A stretch of DNA of 64,000 nt from an uncultured Clostridia bacterium (lineage in GTDB: Bacteria; Bacillota; Clostridia; Christensenellales; CAMQZB01). The notes beneath the pieces were generated by a model. It was not told where the DNA came from. It searched no databases and worked only from the letters and a program-made list of their open reading frames with translations. This document shows, one piece after another, positions 33,294 through 42,456 of the stretch (position 1 is its first letter; the number at the start of each line of letters is the position of its first letter). The stretch is taken from positions 1,782 to 65,781 of the forward strand of contig CAYOSU010000004.1 in NCBI GenBank assembly GCA_964406735.1, in the 5' to 3' direction. Position numbers and translations under genes: made by a program.

Positions 33294-34280
33294 ATGAAAA
33301 AGCTTGGAAAGATCACGAAATTAGCAGCTATATGCTTATCACTCGTACTTTTAGTCTCGATGACCGCTTGCGGCAACGAAACGAAAAACAAAGACCACTT
33401 CGTCGTAGGCATCTGTCAGTTGGTAACGCACGATGCACTCGATGCGGCAACGCAGGGCTTCAAGGATGCTTTGACCGAGGAGCTTGCAAAAGAGGGCAAG
33501 ACGGTAGAGTTCAAAGAGGGCAACGCCGCAGGCGACTCCAACACTTGCGTAACTATAGCCAACGGCTTCGTATCGGCAAAAGTCGACCTTATCATGGCAA
33601 ACGCAACTCCGGCATTTCAGGCGGCAGCGAACGCTACGCTCGACATCCCTGTATTGGGAACTTCGATAACGGCGTACGGCGTTGCGCTTGAAATGGACGA
33701 TTTCGATGGCACGATAGGTGGCAACCTTTCGGGAACGAGCGACCTTGCTCCTATTGACGAACAGGTAAATATGATGCTTTCCTTAGTCCCCGACGCTCAG
33801 ACGGTAGGAATCTTGTACTGCTCTGCCGAGCCTAACTCCAAATACCAGTCGGACGTTGCCGAGGAGCTTTTGAAAAAAGCAGGCAAGACCGTAGTAGTCA
33901 AGACGTTCAGCGACTCGAACGACATCTCGGCGGCATTGAACGCAATTTGCGACAGCGTAGACCTCATCTTCGTTCCGACGGACAACACCGTAGCGTCTAA
34001 CACCGGTATCATCGACCAGATCTGCAGTCTCAAAGGCGTTCCCGTATTTGCAGGCGAAGAGGGCATCTGCAAGGGTTGCGGCTTCGCAACGCTTTCGATA
34101 AGCTACTACAACATCGGCGTCAAGACGGGCAAGATGGCGGCTGAGATACTTCTCGGCAAGGCAGATATTTCCAAAATGGCTGTTCAGTACGACGAAACCC
34201 CCGTCAAGAAGTTTGTCAAGGATCGTTGCGAGGCGTTGGGAATAACGGTACCGTCTGATTACGAAGAGATAGAAAGATAA
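33294..34280 (+). CDS. ABC transporter substrate-binding lipoprotein (COG2984 / TrpX-like family)
   Basis: Lipobox LLVSMTAC, then VGICQLVTHDALD, ANATPA, GTSDL and VPTDNTV blocks typical of ABC_sub_bind. Confidence 0.85.
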   Translation: MKKLGKITKLAAICLSLVLLVSMTACGNETKNKDHFVVGICQLVTHDALDAATQGFKDALTEELAKEGKTVEFKEGNAAGDSNTCVTIANGFVSAKVDLIMANATPAFQAAANATLDIPVLGTSITAYGVALEMDDFDGTIGGNLSGTSDLAPIDEQVNMMLSLVPDAQTVGILYCSAEPNSKYQSDVAEELLKKAGKTVVVKTFSDSNDISAALNAICDSVDLIFVPTDNTVASNTGIIDQICSLKGVPVFAGEEGICKGCGFATLSISYYNIGVKTGKMAAEILLGKADISKMAVQYDETPVKKFVKDRCEALGITVPSDYEEIER

Positions 34281-34290
34281 GGAGAAAAAC

Positions 34291-35181
34291 ATGGGTATAC
34301 TAAACGCAATACCGGGCGCAGTAGCGCAAGGACTAATATGGGGAATAGCGGCGATAGGGCTGTATATCAGCTACCGGGTGCTCGACTTTTCCGATCTTAC
34401 GGTTGACGGCTCGATATGCACAGGCGCATGCGTTGCGGCGATGCTGTTACTTGGCGGCGTAAACGTCTGGATAGCTATGCTTGCGGCGTTTGTTGCAGGA
34501 ATGCTGTGCGGACTTATCACGGGACTTTTCCACACCAAGATGGGCATACCCCCGATATTGGCAGGAATTCTAACTCAGCTCATTCTGTGGTCGGTAAACC
34601 TCAAAATATTGGGACAGGCTAACAGGGCGTTGAACCCGAGACAGTTAGACCTCATAATAACCCAGCTCAAAATAGGTCCGTCGTTGCTCGTTTTGGTAGC
34701 GTTCGTCGCAGTCATCATCGCAATACTATATTGGTTCTTCGGAACGGAGCTCGGCTCTGCGATAAGAGCAACGGGCTCTAACGAGAAAATGGCTCGTGCT
34801 CAGGGCATAAATACGAGCTTTTGCAAGGTATTTGCGCTTATGATATCCAACGGCTTAGTATCCCTTTCGGGTGCGCTTCTGGCGCAATATCAGGGCTTTG
34901 CCGACATAAATATGGGACGAGGTGCAATAGTCATCGCGCTTGCGGCGATAATAATCGGCACGACCCTCGTCAAGATGATAAGCCACAATTTCGCAGTCAA
35001 ACTGTTCGGTGCGGCGCTCGGCGGAGTAATTTATTACATCGTATATCAGGTAATAATCGCGCTTGGCTTCGATACCGACCTTCTCAAGATGCTGTCTGCG
35101 ATAGTCGTTGCGATATTCTTGGCAATACCGTACTGGAAGAAAAAAATGAGCGAGAGACCGAAAGGAGAGAAAAATGCTTGA
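34291..35181 (+). CDS. ABC transporter permease (COG4120)
   Basis: Multi-TM; AQGLIWGIAAIGLYISYRVL.F.DLTVDGS. Confidence 0.85.
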   Translation: MGILNAIPGAVAQGLIWGIAAIGLYISYRVLDFSDLTVDGSICTGACVAAMLLLGGVNVWIAMLAAFVAGMLCGLITGLFHTKMGIPPILAGILTQLILWSVNLKILGQANRALNPRQLDLIITQLKIGPSLLVLVAFVAVIIAILYWFFGTELGSAIRATGSNEKMARAQGINTSFCKVFALMISNGLVSLSGALLAQYQGFADINMGRGAIVIALAAIIIGTTLVKMISHNFAVKLFGAALGGVIYYIVYQVIIALGFDTDLLKMLSAIVVAIFLAIPYWKKKMSERPKGEKNA

Positions 35182-35968
35182 ACTTAAAGGAATAAAAAAG
35201 ACCTTCCACAAAGGCACGTTGAACGAAAAGGTAGCTCTCGACTTAGAGGATTTCAAGATAAACGACGGCGATTTCGTCAGCGTCATCGGTGGTAACGGCG
35301 CAGGCAAGTCGACGCTTATGAACATAATAAGCGGCACCCTTCTCCCCGACGAGGGAAAGATAACTCTCGACGGCGTAGACGTCACCATGCTTTCCGAGCA
35401 CAAGAGAGCAAAGTTCTTGGGAAGAGTTTTCCAGGACCCCATCATGGGCACTGCCGCTAACATGCAGATAGAGGAAAACCTTGCGCTCGCAAAAAGACGA
35501 GGCGAGAAAAGAGGCTTCGGCTGGGGCATAACCAAAGCCGAAAGAGAGGAATACAAGAAGCTTTTGAAGGACTTTGACTTAGGACTCGAGGACAGACTGA
35601 CGTCGAAAGTAGGGCTGTTATCGGGCGGACAGAGACAGGCGTTGACTCTTATCATGGCAACGCTCAAAAAGCCCAAGGTATTGCTCCTTGACGAGCACAC
35701 GGCGGCACTCGATCCCAAGACGTCTGCAAAGGTCATGGGTCTTACCGAAAAGCTTGTCAAAGAGAACGAGCTGACGACGCTCATGATAACGCACAACATG
35801 GCAAACGCCATCGAGTACGGCAACAGGCTGATCTTAATGCAGAGCGGCAAGATAATATACGACGTTTCGGGCGAGGAAAAGGCAAAGCTCACCGTCAAGG
35901 ACCTGCTCGACAAGTTCAGCGACACGGCAAAGGAGCTCGTCAATTCCGACAAAGTAATGCTTGGCTAA
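35174..35968 (+). CDS. ABC transporter ATP-binding protein (COG1101)
   Basis: Walker A GGNGAGKST, signature LSGGQRQ, Walker B LLLDEHTAALD. Confidence 0.9.
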   Translation: MLELKGIKKTFHKGTLNEKVALDLEDFKINDGDFVSVIGGNGAGKSTLMNIISGTLLPDEGKITLDGVDVTMLSEHKRAKFLGRVFQDPIMGTAANMQIEENLALAKRRGEKRGFGWGITKAEREEYKKLLKDFDLGLEDRLTSKVGLLSGGQRQALTLIMATLKKPKVLLLDEHTAALDPKTSAKVMGLTEKLVKENELTTLMITHNMANAIEYGNRLILMQSGKIIYDVSGEEKAKLTVKDLLDKFSDTAKELVNSDKVMLG

Positions 35969-36016
35969 AAAGAATACACCAACACTTTATATCATATACC
36001 TTCATAAAAAATAAAA

Positions 36017-36041
36017 ATGCACGAGAAATTCGTGCATTTTT
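36017..36041 (+). terminator. Rho-independent terminator
   Basis: ATGCACGA / TCGTGCAT followed by TTTT. Confidence 0.75.
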
Positions 36042-36106
36042 GCGTATACGCAAAAGTTTTTGCCATATAGAGAAATATTTGCCGCAAAATAAGGCACAAT
36101 AAGCGT

Positions 36107-36921
36107 ATGGAGAAAAAAGACAGAGTAGATCCGTGGCTGCTTATTCTCGGCGGCACGCTGACGGGGCTTGCGAACGGGCTTTTTGGCGGTGGCGGCGGTA
36201 TGATAGTCGTGCCCTTTTTGATATATTTTGCGGGTCTCGAACCCAAAAAAGCGCACGCAACGGCGATAGCGGTTATCCTCCCCGTAACGATCGTCTCGGG
36301 GCTAATATACCTCAATAGCTTCGATATATCCTTAAAAAAGCTGTTGCCGTCAACGATAGGAGTAATAGTCGGCGGAGTGTTAGGCGCATACGTTTTGCCG
36401 AAGCTTCAGAATAGCTTCGTCATGCTTCTTTTTGCCGCAATAATGATATTGGCAGGAGTGAGACTTATCATGGGGTAGATTTCATTGCGTTTATGGTGGC
36501 AGGCTTTTTCGGAGGAGTGTTAGGCGGTATGGGCATGGGCGGCGGTACTCTCCTGATACCCATTCTGACAGTTATCTTAACGGTATTTCAGCACGAGGCG
36601 CAGGGCATAAATCTGCTGTCCTTTATCCCGATGGCGATAATAACCGTCGTCATGCACGCCAAAAATAAAATGATAACGTGGCGTTACGCACTGTTAGTAA
36701 TGCTCCCTGCGATAGCCTCGTCCGTGATTTCCTCTCTTTTCTCGGCAAAGCTTTCGCAAAGCGTGCTTTCGACCTCGTTTGGCATATTTTTAATAGCGCT
36801 GGGAGTGTTTCAGATGATAAGCGAGCTAATAAAGCTTTTCAAAAACGGAAGCGGAACGGAAAAAGAAGAGGAAAAGGGAACGTCCGAAGCCCCTTGCGAA
36901 AAAGCCACGGATAACGAGTAG
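36107..36921 (+). pseudogene. TauE/SafE (TSUP, DUF81) anion-exporter gene split by a frameshift at a G-run (or two half-size genes)
   Basis: ORF 36107-36478 (4 TM, GGGGGMIVVP) and ORF 36493-36921 (4 TM, GMGGGTLLIP) are the two internal repeats of one TSUP protein. The second frame is open back to about 36430. The frames meet at GGGG 36472-36475, and there is no RBS before 36493. Confidence 0.55.
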
Positions 36922-37128
36922 AAGATAGTTGCCTTTAACGAGCTTTTTGACAAAAATCGAAGAGTCGACGGCTCAAAAAGCAATTTTTTTTGAAAAAAAA
37001 GTTGAAAATAGTGCAAAAATTTTCAATTTGGGTCTATACAAACCGAAAAATGTGTGATACAATAAGTTAGACTAAGGTAACAATATCTTTTTTTAACGAC
37101 ATAATTTTTTTAGAGAGGATAGATAATT

Positions 37129-38643
37129 TTGGAAAAGATTGCAGTAATCGATCTCGGATCAAATTCCGCAAGACTGGTCATCGCCAACGTATTGGAGGGT
37201 GGATACTTCTTCGTTGCCGATGAATGGAAAGAAGCGGTCAGATTAGGTCAAGACATGGAAAGAGACGGCTTTTTGAAGCCGCAGAGGATCCAGCACACGA
37301 TCAGAACGTTAAAGATGTTCAAGCAGCTATGCGATGCTGAGGGCGTAAGCAAAATAGTCGCCGTAGCGACAGCAGCCGTTCGTCGTGCAAAGAATCAGAA
37401 GAGCTTCCTCGACGAGGTATATTCCTCGACGGGGCTTATGTTCCGCGTGCTCACAGCTCAGGAAGAGGCTGCGTACGTATATCAGGGCGTAATAAATTCG
37501 ATGGAGATCCCGAAAGGAATAATCCTTGAGATAGGCGGCGGCTCCACGAAGATTGTATATTACAACCGCAGGAACATTCTTGCGTACGAGACCTTGCCGT
37601 TCGGCAGCGTATCGCTCACAGAGAAATTTGCGATAGACGGACTGTCCCCAAAGGAGCAGACGCAGAAGATAGAGGAGTTCTTCACCGAAGAGCTTTCGAG
37701 GATACCGTGGCTCAAAAACGTTGACCCCGACGCACAGCTTATCGGCGTAGGCGGCTCGTTCAGGAACCTTGCCAAGATGTCGCAAAAGGTCAGGAGATAC
37801 CCCCTCGATATGGTCCACAACTACCGCATTCAGAAGCACGATTTCATCACGATATACGAGCTTATCCGCGGACTCGACCTTGACAGAAAGATGAACATAA
37901 AGGGTATGAGCAGCGGCAGAGCGGACATTTTGCCCTCTGCGTTTGCGGCAATGAAAGCGTTCTCCGATTATATCAACAACGAGGAGTTCGTAATATCGTC
38001 GGCAGGACTCAGAGAGGGAATATTCTTCAACAATGTCTGCCCGCAGACGCTCGAAAAGCCCATTTCCGACGTATTGGGACATTCCCTTATGACGTATATT
38101 CAGGGCTACCAGCTCGATTATAACCACACCGAGCACGTGATCAATCTCTCGTTGCAGCTTTTCAAACAGCTCCGTGTATTGCACAAGTTCCCGAGAAGCT
38201 ACATAAAGATCTTGCGTGTTGCGGCGGCACTACACGATAGCGGCATGAGAGTGAAGTTCTACGACCACCAGAAGCATTCGACCTACGTAATATTGAACTC
38301 CAACCTTTACGGAATCAACCACCGTGACTTAGTCATGGCGGCGTTCGTCGCAGGTTGCCACCACAAAGAGAACGTTCAGATGCAGAACTGGGTACGCTAC
38401 AAGGAGCTCGTTTCGGACGAAGATCTCGATGCAGTCAAGAAGCTCGGCGTAATAATCCGCCTTGCAGAAAGCTTGGACAAGTCCTCGAGAGGGCTCGTTA
38501 AGTCGATAAACTGCGACGTGTTGGGTGATTCCGTCATCATGAAGACGGAAGTCGAGGGCGACGCTACAATGGAGCTTAAGGACGCTATGAACGCCCTGCC
38601 CGAATTTAAGCGTGCGTTCAAGAAGAACCTCAACATTTTATAA
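37129..38643 (+). CDS. ppx: Exopolyphosphatase / guanosine pentaphosphate phosphohydrolase (Ppx/GppA) with HD domain
   Basis: TTG start after GAGAGGA. AVIDLGSNSARLVI, ATAAVR, EIGGGS, and C-terminal LHDSG (HD). Confidence 0.85.
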   Translation: MEKIAVIDLGSNSARLVIANVLEGGYFFVADEWKEAVRLGQDMERDGFLKPQRIQHTIRTLKMFKQLCDAEGVSKIVAVATAAVRRAKNQKSFLDEVYSSTGLMFRVLTAQEEAAYVYQGVINSMEIPKGIILEIGGGSTKIVYYNRRNILAYETLPFGSVSLTEKFAIDGLSPKEQTQKIEEFFTEELSRIPWLKNVDPDAQLIGVGGSFRNLAKMSQKVRRYPLDMVHNYRIQKHDFITIYELIRGLDLDRKMNIKGMSSGRADILPSAFAAMKAFSDYINNEEFVISSAGLREGIFFNNVCPQTLEKPISDVLGHSLMTYIQGYQLDYNHTEHVINLSLQLFKQLRVLHKFPRSYIKILRVAAALHDSGMRVKFYDHQKHSTYVILNSNLYGINHRDLVMAAFVAGCHHKENVQMQNWVRYKELVSDEDLDAVKKLGVIIRLAESLDKSSRGLVKSINCDVLGDSVIMKTEVEGDATMELKDAMNALPEFKRAFKKNLNIL

Positions 38644-38654
38644 GAAAAAAATAT

Positions 38655-38690
38655 AAAGCCTCTTTGACTTGAAGTCAAGGAGGCTTTTTT
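38655..38690. terminator. Bidirectional terminator between ppx and lacI-type gene
   Basis: AAAGCCTCtTTGACTT / AAGTCAAGGAGGCTTT followed by TTT. Confidence 0.75.
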
Positions 38691-38704
38691 AATGCTTAAA
38701 GAAT

Positions 38705-39682
38705 TTAGTTGCTCGACGAATTGCGAAGCACGAGTGTGGTCATGACCTCCGTCTTCGTAGAGAATTTTTCTCCGCTTGCCAGGCAAAACAGCTTTTCGAC
38801 GGCAGTCTCTCCCATAAATCGCTTCGGCACGTCCACGGTAGAAAGGGTAGGTGATAGGTACTCGCAGATAGGCATATTGTCAAATCCGACGATAGCGACG
38901 TCATTCGGGACGTTATAGCAAAACTCCGCAAAAGCCCTCATTGCGCCCTGTGCGATAAGGTCGTTGTCGGCAAAGTAACAGCGAGAGAGCTTCTCACCGC
39001 TTGCAAGAAGTGCTTTCATGTCGGCGTATGCCCCGTCTGCAGAGGGGGTAAGCTCGTGTACGGTACAGCTCGACGAGGAAAGCCCGTTTTTACGCACCGC
39101 CTTATAAAACCCGTCCGCCCTCGACTCAAAGTTAGGGATGCTGAACGAGGAGTGCAGGTATCCTGGTGTCGTTCTGAATTTTTTGATGAGATGATCGGTT
39201 GCGGCGAACGCTCCCTGCACGTTGTTGATAACGACCGAGCTTACGGGCAAGCACTCGAAATAGCCGTCGAGAAATACGATGGGGAGATCCGTTTTAGAAA
39301 CGCTTTTCGCAGTCTGCTCGTCCATTTCGGTCGCAAGTAGGATGATGCCTTTTGAGTTAAAGGAGTGCGACAGACTTTCTCCCTCATAAAGATACGAGAT
39401 GTTGAGTTTAAATCCACGCTTTCTGCACCCTGCCGCAACGCCTTGCGATAGCTCGGAGAAGAATGGCGTGTCAGAAACGACCGCACCGCTTTTGACGTAT
39501 AAAATAAAGTCAATAACGCCCGATGACAGGTCTTTTTTAAGCTCCAACCCCTGCTTTTCCGCTTCTTCGAGCACTGCCGCACGTGTCTTGTCGGACACTC
39601 CGTACTTGTTGTTGAGTGCCATTGATACCGCAGCTTCCGATAAGCCTAAGCTCTTTGCTATAGATTTTGCCGTCGGCTTCAT
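38705..39682 (-). CDS. LacI-family transcriptional repressor
   Basis: N-terminal HTH KSIAKSLGLSEAAVSMALNN plus a periplasmic-binding-protein-like sugar domain. Confidence 0.9.
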   Translation of the reverse strand: MKPTAKSIAKSLGLSEAAVSMALNNKYGVSDKTRAAVLEEAEKQGLELKKDLSSGVIDFILYVKSGAVVSDTPFFSELSQGVAAGCRKRGFKLNISYLYEGESLSHSFNSKGIILLATEMDEQTAKSVSKTDLPIVFLDGYFECLPVSSVVINNVQGAFAATDHLIKKFRTTPGYLHSSFSIPNFESRADGFYKAVRKNGLSSSSCTVHELTPSADGAYADMKALLASGEKLSRCYFADNDLIAQGAMRAFAEFCYNVPNDVAIVGFDNMPICEYLSPTLSTVDVPKRFMGETAVEKLFCLASGEKFSTKTEVMTTLVLRNSSSN

Positions 39683-39781
39683 AACGTTCTCCTTTCATGT
39701 TTTTTTTCTTTAAGTATATTGGAATTAAGTAATTTAGTCAATGATTTACTTAAGATTTTGCAAATATTAAGTATTTTGGTC

Positions 39782-39810
39782 TTGAAATAGGGAAAAAGCC
39801 GATATATAAT
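39782..39810 (+). promoter_or_regulatory. Sigma-A type promoter of the glycosidase/transketolase operon
   Basis: TTGAAA (39782-39787), 17 nt, TATAAT (39805-39810). Confidence 0.5.
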
Positions 39811-39825
39811 TTAAGTATAAGATAG

Positions 39826-39843
39826 TGAAAGCGTATGCTTTCA
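39826..39843. promoter_or_regulatory. Perfect palindrome TGAAAGC-gtat-GCTTTCA, candidate LacI-family operator
   Basis: 7+7 bp inverted repeat, 16 nt downstream of the -10 and adjacent to a divergent LacI gene. The half-site resembles LacI/CcpA-type TGAAAGC. Confidence 0.55.
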
Positions 39844-39866
39844 AAAATGGCTATCAGGAGAACGGT

Positions 39867-41618
39867 ATGGAAGTCAAGAGATTTGAACGCTTTGAAACAA
39901 GTTTGACGGCAAAGGTATCGGGGAATCCCTTTGATACGGACTTTTACGCAATGGTAACGATGCCCGACGGGGCAAAACAGAAAATAAACGGCTTTTACGA
40001 CGGAGACGATGCGTTCAAGCTCCGTGTAATGCCCGAAAAGATAGGCAGATACACCTACGAAACGGTATCGAGCGTTTCGGAGCTGAACGGCAAGACGGGC
40101 GAATTTACCTGCGTAGAGGCAAGGGATGGCGTTCACGGCAAGGTCAAGGTAAAGGACAAGTATTGGTTTGAATACGAGGACGGCACGCCCTACTTAGAGG
40201 TAGGAACGACGTGCTACGCTTGGATATACCAGTCGGACGAGCTTATACAAAAGACTCTTGACACGCTGTCAAAGGGCTACTTCAACAAGATAAGGATGTG
40301 CGTCTTCCCGAAGTGGTACGAGCATAACAGGCATGAGCCGTCTATGTACCCGTTCGAGGGAACGCTCAAAAATTTTGATTACACCCGCCCCAACGTAAAG
40401 CTTTTCAGACACTTAGAGGGCTTAGTAGACAAATTGGCGGATATGGGTATAGAGGCAGATATAATAATCTTCCACCCTTACGATAAGGCTGAATGGGGCT
40501 TTTCGGAGATGACTAAGGCGCAGGACAGAGCGTATATGAAGTACCTGACCGCAAGACTTTCATCTTTCCGCAACGTCTGGTGGAGCTTAGCCAACGAGTA
40601 CGACCTCATGCGCAAGGGCTACAAGAAAAAATACAACGAGTGGAAGGGTATAGCAAAGTGTATACACGACAACGACCCATACGGGCATTTGATAGGCATT
40701 CACCAGTGCTTCAATATGTTCGACCACAGGTATAAATACATAACCCACTGCTCGGTACAGAAAGAGGACTTATATAAGACTGTCGAATACACCGACGAAT
40801 ACAGAGAGAAATACGGCAAGCCCGTCGTATGGGACGAGTGCTCGTACGAGGGCAATATAAACCTCACTTGGGGCAACGTAACGGCGCAGGAGTTCGTCCG
40901 CAGATTTTGGGAAGCTACCGCTCGTGGCGGCTATATGGGGCACGGAGAGACCTACGTCGACAACGAGAACGACATACTTTGGTGGTCTCACGGCGGAGAA
41001 TTACACGGCGAGAGTCAGGAGAGGATAAAGTTCTATAAAGACGTAATGAGCGAATGCAAGAACTTAGAGCTTACTTACGGCTCGAGTGGCAGCGATATAG
41101 CAGAGGGCTACGCAGGTCTTGACACCTTCTTGACGTATACGGGGCTTTATCAGCCGACGACCGTTTCGATGGCGCTCCCCAAAATTACGACCTACAAGGT
41201 ATATGCGATAGACACTTGGAACATGGAAAAGACCCTTGTTTCGGACAGCGCAAGCGGCACGATAACGGTAGAGCTTCCCGGGAGACCCTATATGGCAGTT
41301 CTTGCGATAGCGAATGCCGACGGCGTAATAGACCCGACAAAGACGCAATTCGACGCCGACACGGCGTTCAGGAGTGCAATATACTACAAGGGCGGCAAGA
41401 AGTTCTTGAAAGCGCTCAAATTACTTATGACGGTAGCAGGCTTGAAAAAGATGTACCCTATGGCGATAAGAATGAGCATCAATCAAGGCGCTGTGCTTGG
41501 CGGAATGTCTCCCGATAAGACTAAGGCAATGGAGAAGGGTGCGTCGATAATAATCAACGACGGCAAGCTTTTCAAGGGTATCAAGTATATCATCAAAGGC
41601 ATGAAAGGTGCGTACTGA
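39867..41618 (+). CDS. Putative glycoside hydrolase with DUF5060 / DUF4038 (GH140-like) / DUF5605 architecture and an extra basic C-terminal tail
   Basis: ATG 39867 after AGGAG. GNPFDTDFYAMVT.PDG....INGFYDGDDAFKLRVMPEKIGRYTYET (DUF5060-like), then FEYEDGTPYLEVGTTCYAW and WWSLANEYD (TIM-barrel GH-like), then IDTWNMEKT (DUF5605-like). Recognised from memory only. Confidence 0.6.
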   Translation: MEVKRFERFETSLTAKVSGNPFDTDFYAMVTMPDGAKQKINGFYDGDDAFKLRVMPEKIGRYTYETVSSVSELNGKTGEFTCVEARDGVHGKVKVKDKYWFEYEDGTPYLEVGTTCYAWIYQSDELIQKTLDTLSKGYFNKIRMCVFPKWYEHNRHEPSMYPFEGTLKNFDYTRPNVKLFRHLEGLVDKLADMGIEADIIIFHPYDKAEWGFSEMTKAQDRAYMKYLTARLSSFRNVWWSLANEYDLMRKGYKKKYNEWKGIAKCIHDNDPYGHLIGIHQCFNMFDHRYKYITHCSVQKEDLYKTVEYTDEYREKYGKPVVWDECSYEGNINLTWGNVTAQEFVRRFWEATARGGYMGHGETYVDNENDILWWSHGGELHGESQERIKFYKDVMSECKNLELTYGSSGSDIAEGYAGLDTFLTYTGLYQPTTVSMALPKITTYKVYAIDTWNMEKTLVSDSASGTITVELPGRPYMAVLAIANADGVIDPTKTQFDADTAFRSAIYYKGGKKFLKALKLLMTVAGLKKMYPMAIRMSINQGAVLGGMSPDKTKAMEKGASIIINDGKLFKGIKYIIKGMKGAY

Positions 41619-41619
41619 T

Positions 41620-42456
41620 ATGGACGGTAAATATAAAAGCCTCGAGCGGCTTGCGATGGAAAACCGCATCGACACTGTGGAGCTTATATATCACGCAAAG
41701 ACGGGGCATATTGGCGGAAGCATGTCGGCGATGGACATCTTGACCACGCTGTACTTCGAGGTTCTTGACGTAGAAAAAATAAAGCGAGGCGCTCCCGACA
41801 GGGATCGCTTCGTTCTTTCAAAGGGTCATAACGCAGAGGGCTTATACGTAGTCCTCGCAAAGTGCGGCTTTTTTTCGAAAAGCGAGCTGAAAAAATACGC
41901 CGCTTTGGGCACTGCGTACGCCGCACATCCGACAAAGCACGTTGAGGGCGTAGAGTTTGCAACGGGATCGCTTGGACACGGCTTGTCGGTAGGTGCAGGC
42001 ATGGCGTTAGGCTTAAAAAGCTCGGGCTGCGACTCGCACGTTTACGTATTAATGGGGGACGGCGAGCAAGCGGAAGGCTCTCTTTGGGAAGCTGCAATGG
42101 CGTGCGCCAAATATAAGCTTGATAACCTGACCGCAATAGTAGACAGAAACAGGCTTCAGATCTCGGGAAATACCGAATACGTCATGCCTCTTGACGACTT
42201 AAAGAAAAAATACGAGGCTTTCGGCTTCAATGCGATCGAGGTGGACGGACATAACGCCGAGGAGCTTGCAAAGGCTTTGAGAACGAGGGAAAAAGATAAG
42301 CCCACCGTAGTCATCGCAAACACTGTTAAGGGCTACGGAAGCGTTATAACGGAGAATAAAGCCGTATGGCACCACAAAGTGCCGACGGGCGATGAGTATT
42401 ACGAGATAGTGAGAGAGCTGAAAGAGCGCATAGCGAAGACGGAGGAAAGAGTATGA
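41620..42456 (+). CDS. Transketolase, N-terminal (TPP-binding) subunit
   Basis: TGHIGGSMSAMDIL, SKGH, GSLGHGLSVGAGMA, LMGDGEQAEGSLWEAA, DRN.LQISG. Confidence 0.9.
   Translation: MDGKYKSLERLAMENRIDTVELIYHAKTGHIGGSMSAMDILTTLYFEVLDVEKIKRGAPDRDRFVLSKGHNAEGLYVVLAKCGFFSKSELKKYAALGTAYAAHPTKHVEGVEFATGSLGHGLSVGAGMALGLKSSGCDSHVYVLMGDGEQAEGSLWEAAMACAKYKLDNLTAIVDRNRLQISGNTEYVMPLDDLKKKYEAFGFNAIEVDGHNAEELAKALRTREKDKPTVVIANTVKGYGSVITENKAVWHHKVPTGDEYYEIVRELKERIAKTEERV

Noticed and set aside
33209-33691. 160-aa ORF overlapping the leader terminator and the binding-protein gene in another frame
   Set aside because: It gives an Arg-rich nonsense-like translation with no RBS. The overlapping frame encodes a clear lipoprotein SBP.
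37002-37026. Inverted repeat TTGAAAAT-N9-ATTTTCAA upstream of ppx
   Set aside because: Pure A/T arms in a homopolymer-rich spacer, so it is likely chance. There is no nearby regulator to assign it to.
41608-41620. Upstream GTG start (41608) for the transketolase N-subunit, and similar upstream alternative starts in the ORF track (2689, 13359, 14020, 24953, 26105, 28245, 39825, 47293, 53623, 54854, 60081)
   Set aside because: In each case an internal ATG with a proper GGAG-type RBS and/or alignment to the family N-terminus gives a better start. The longer versions lack an RBS or overlap promoters, terminators or operators.
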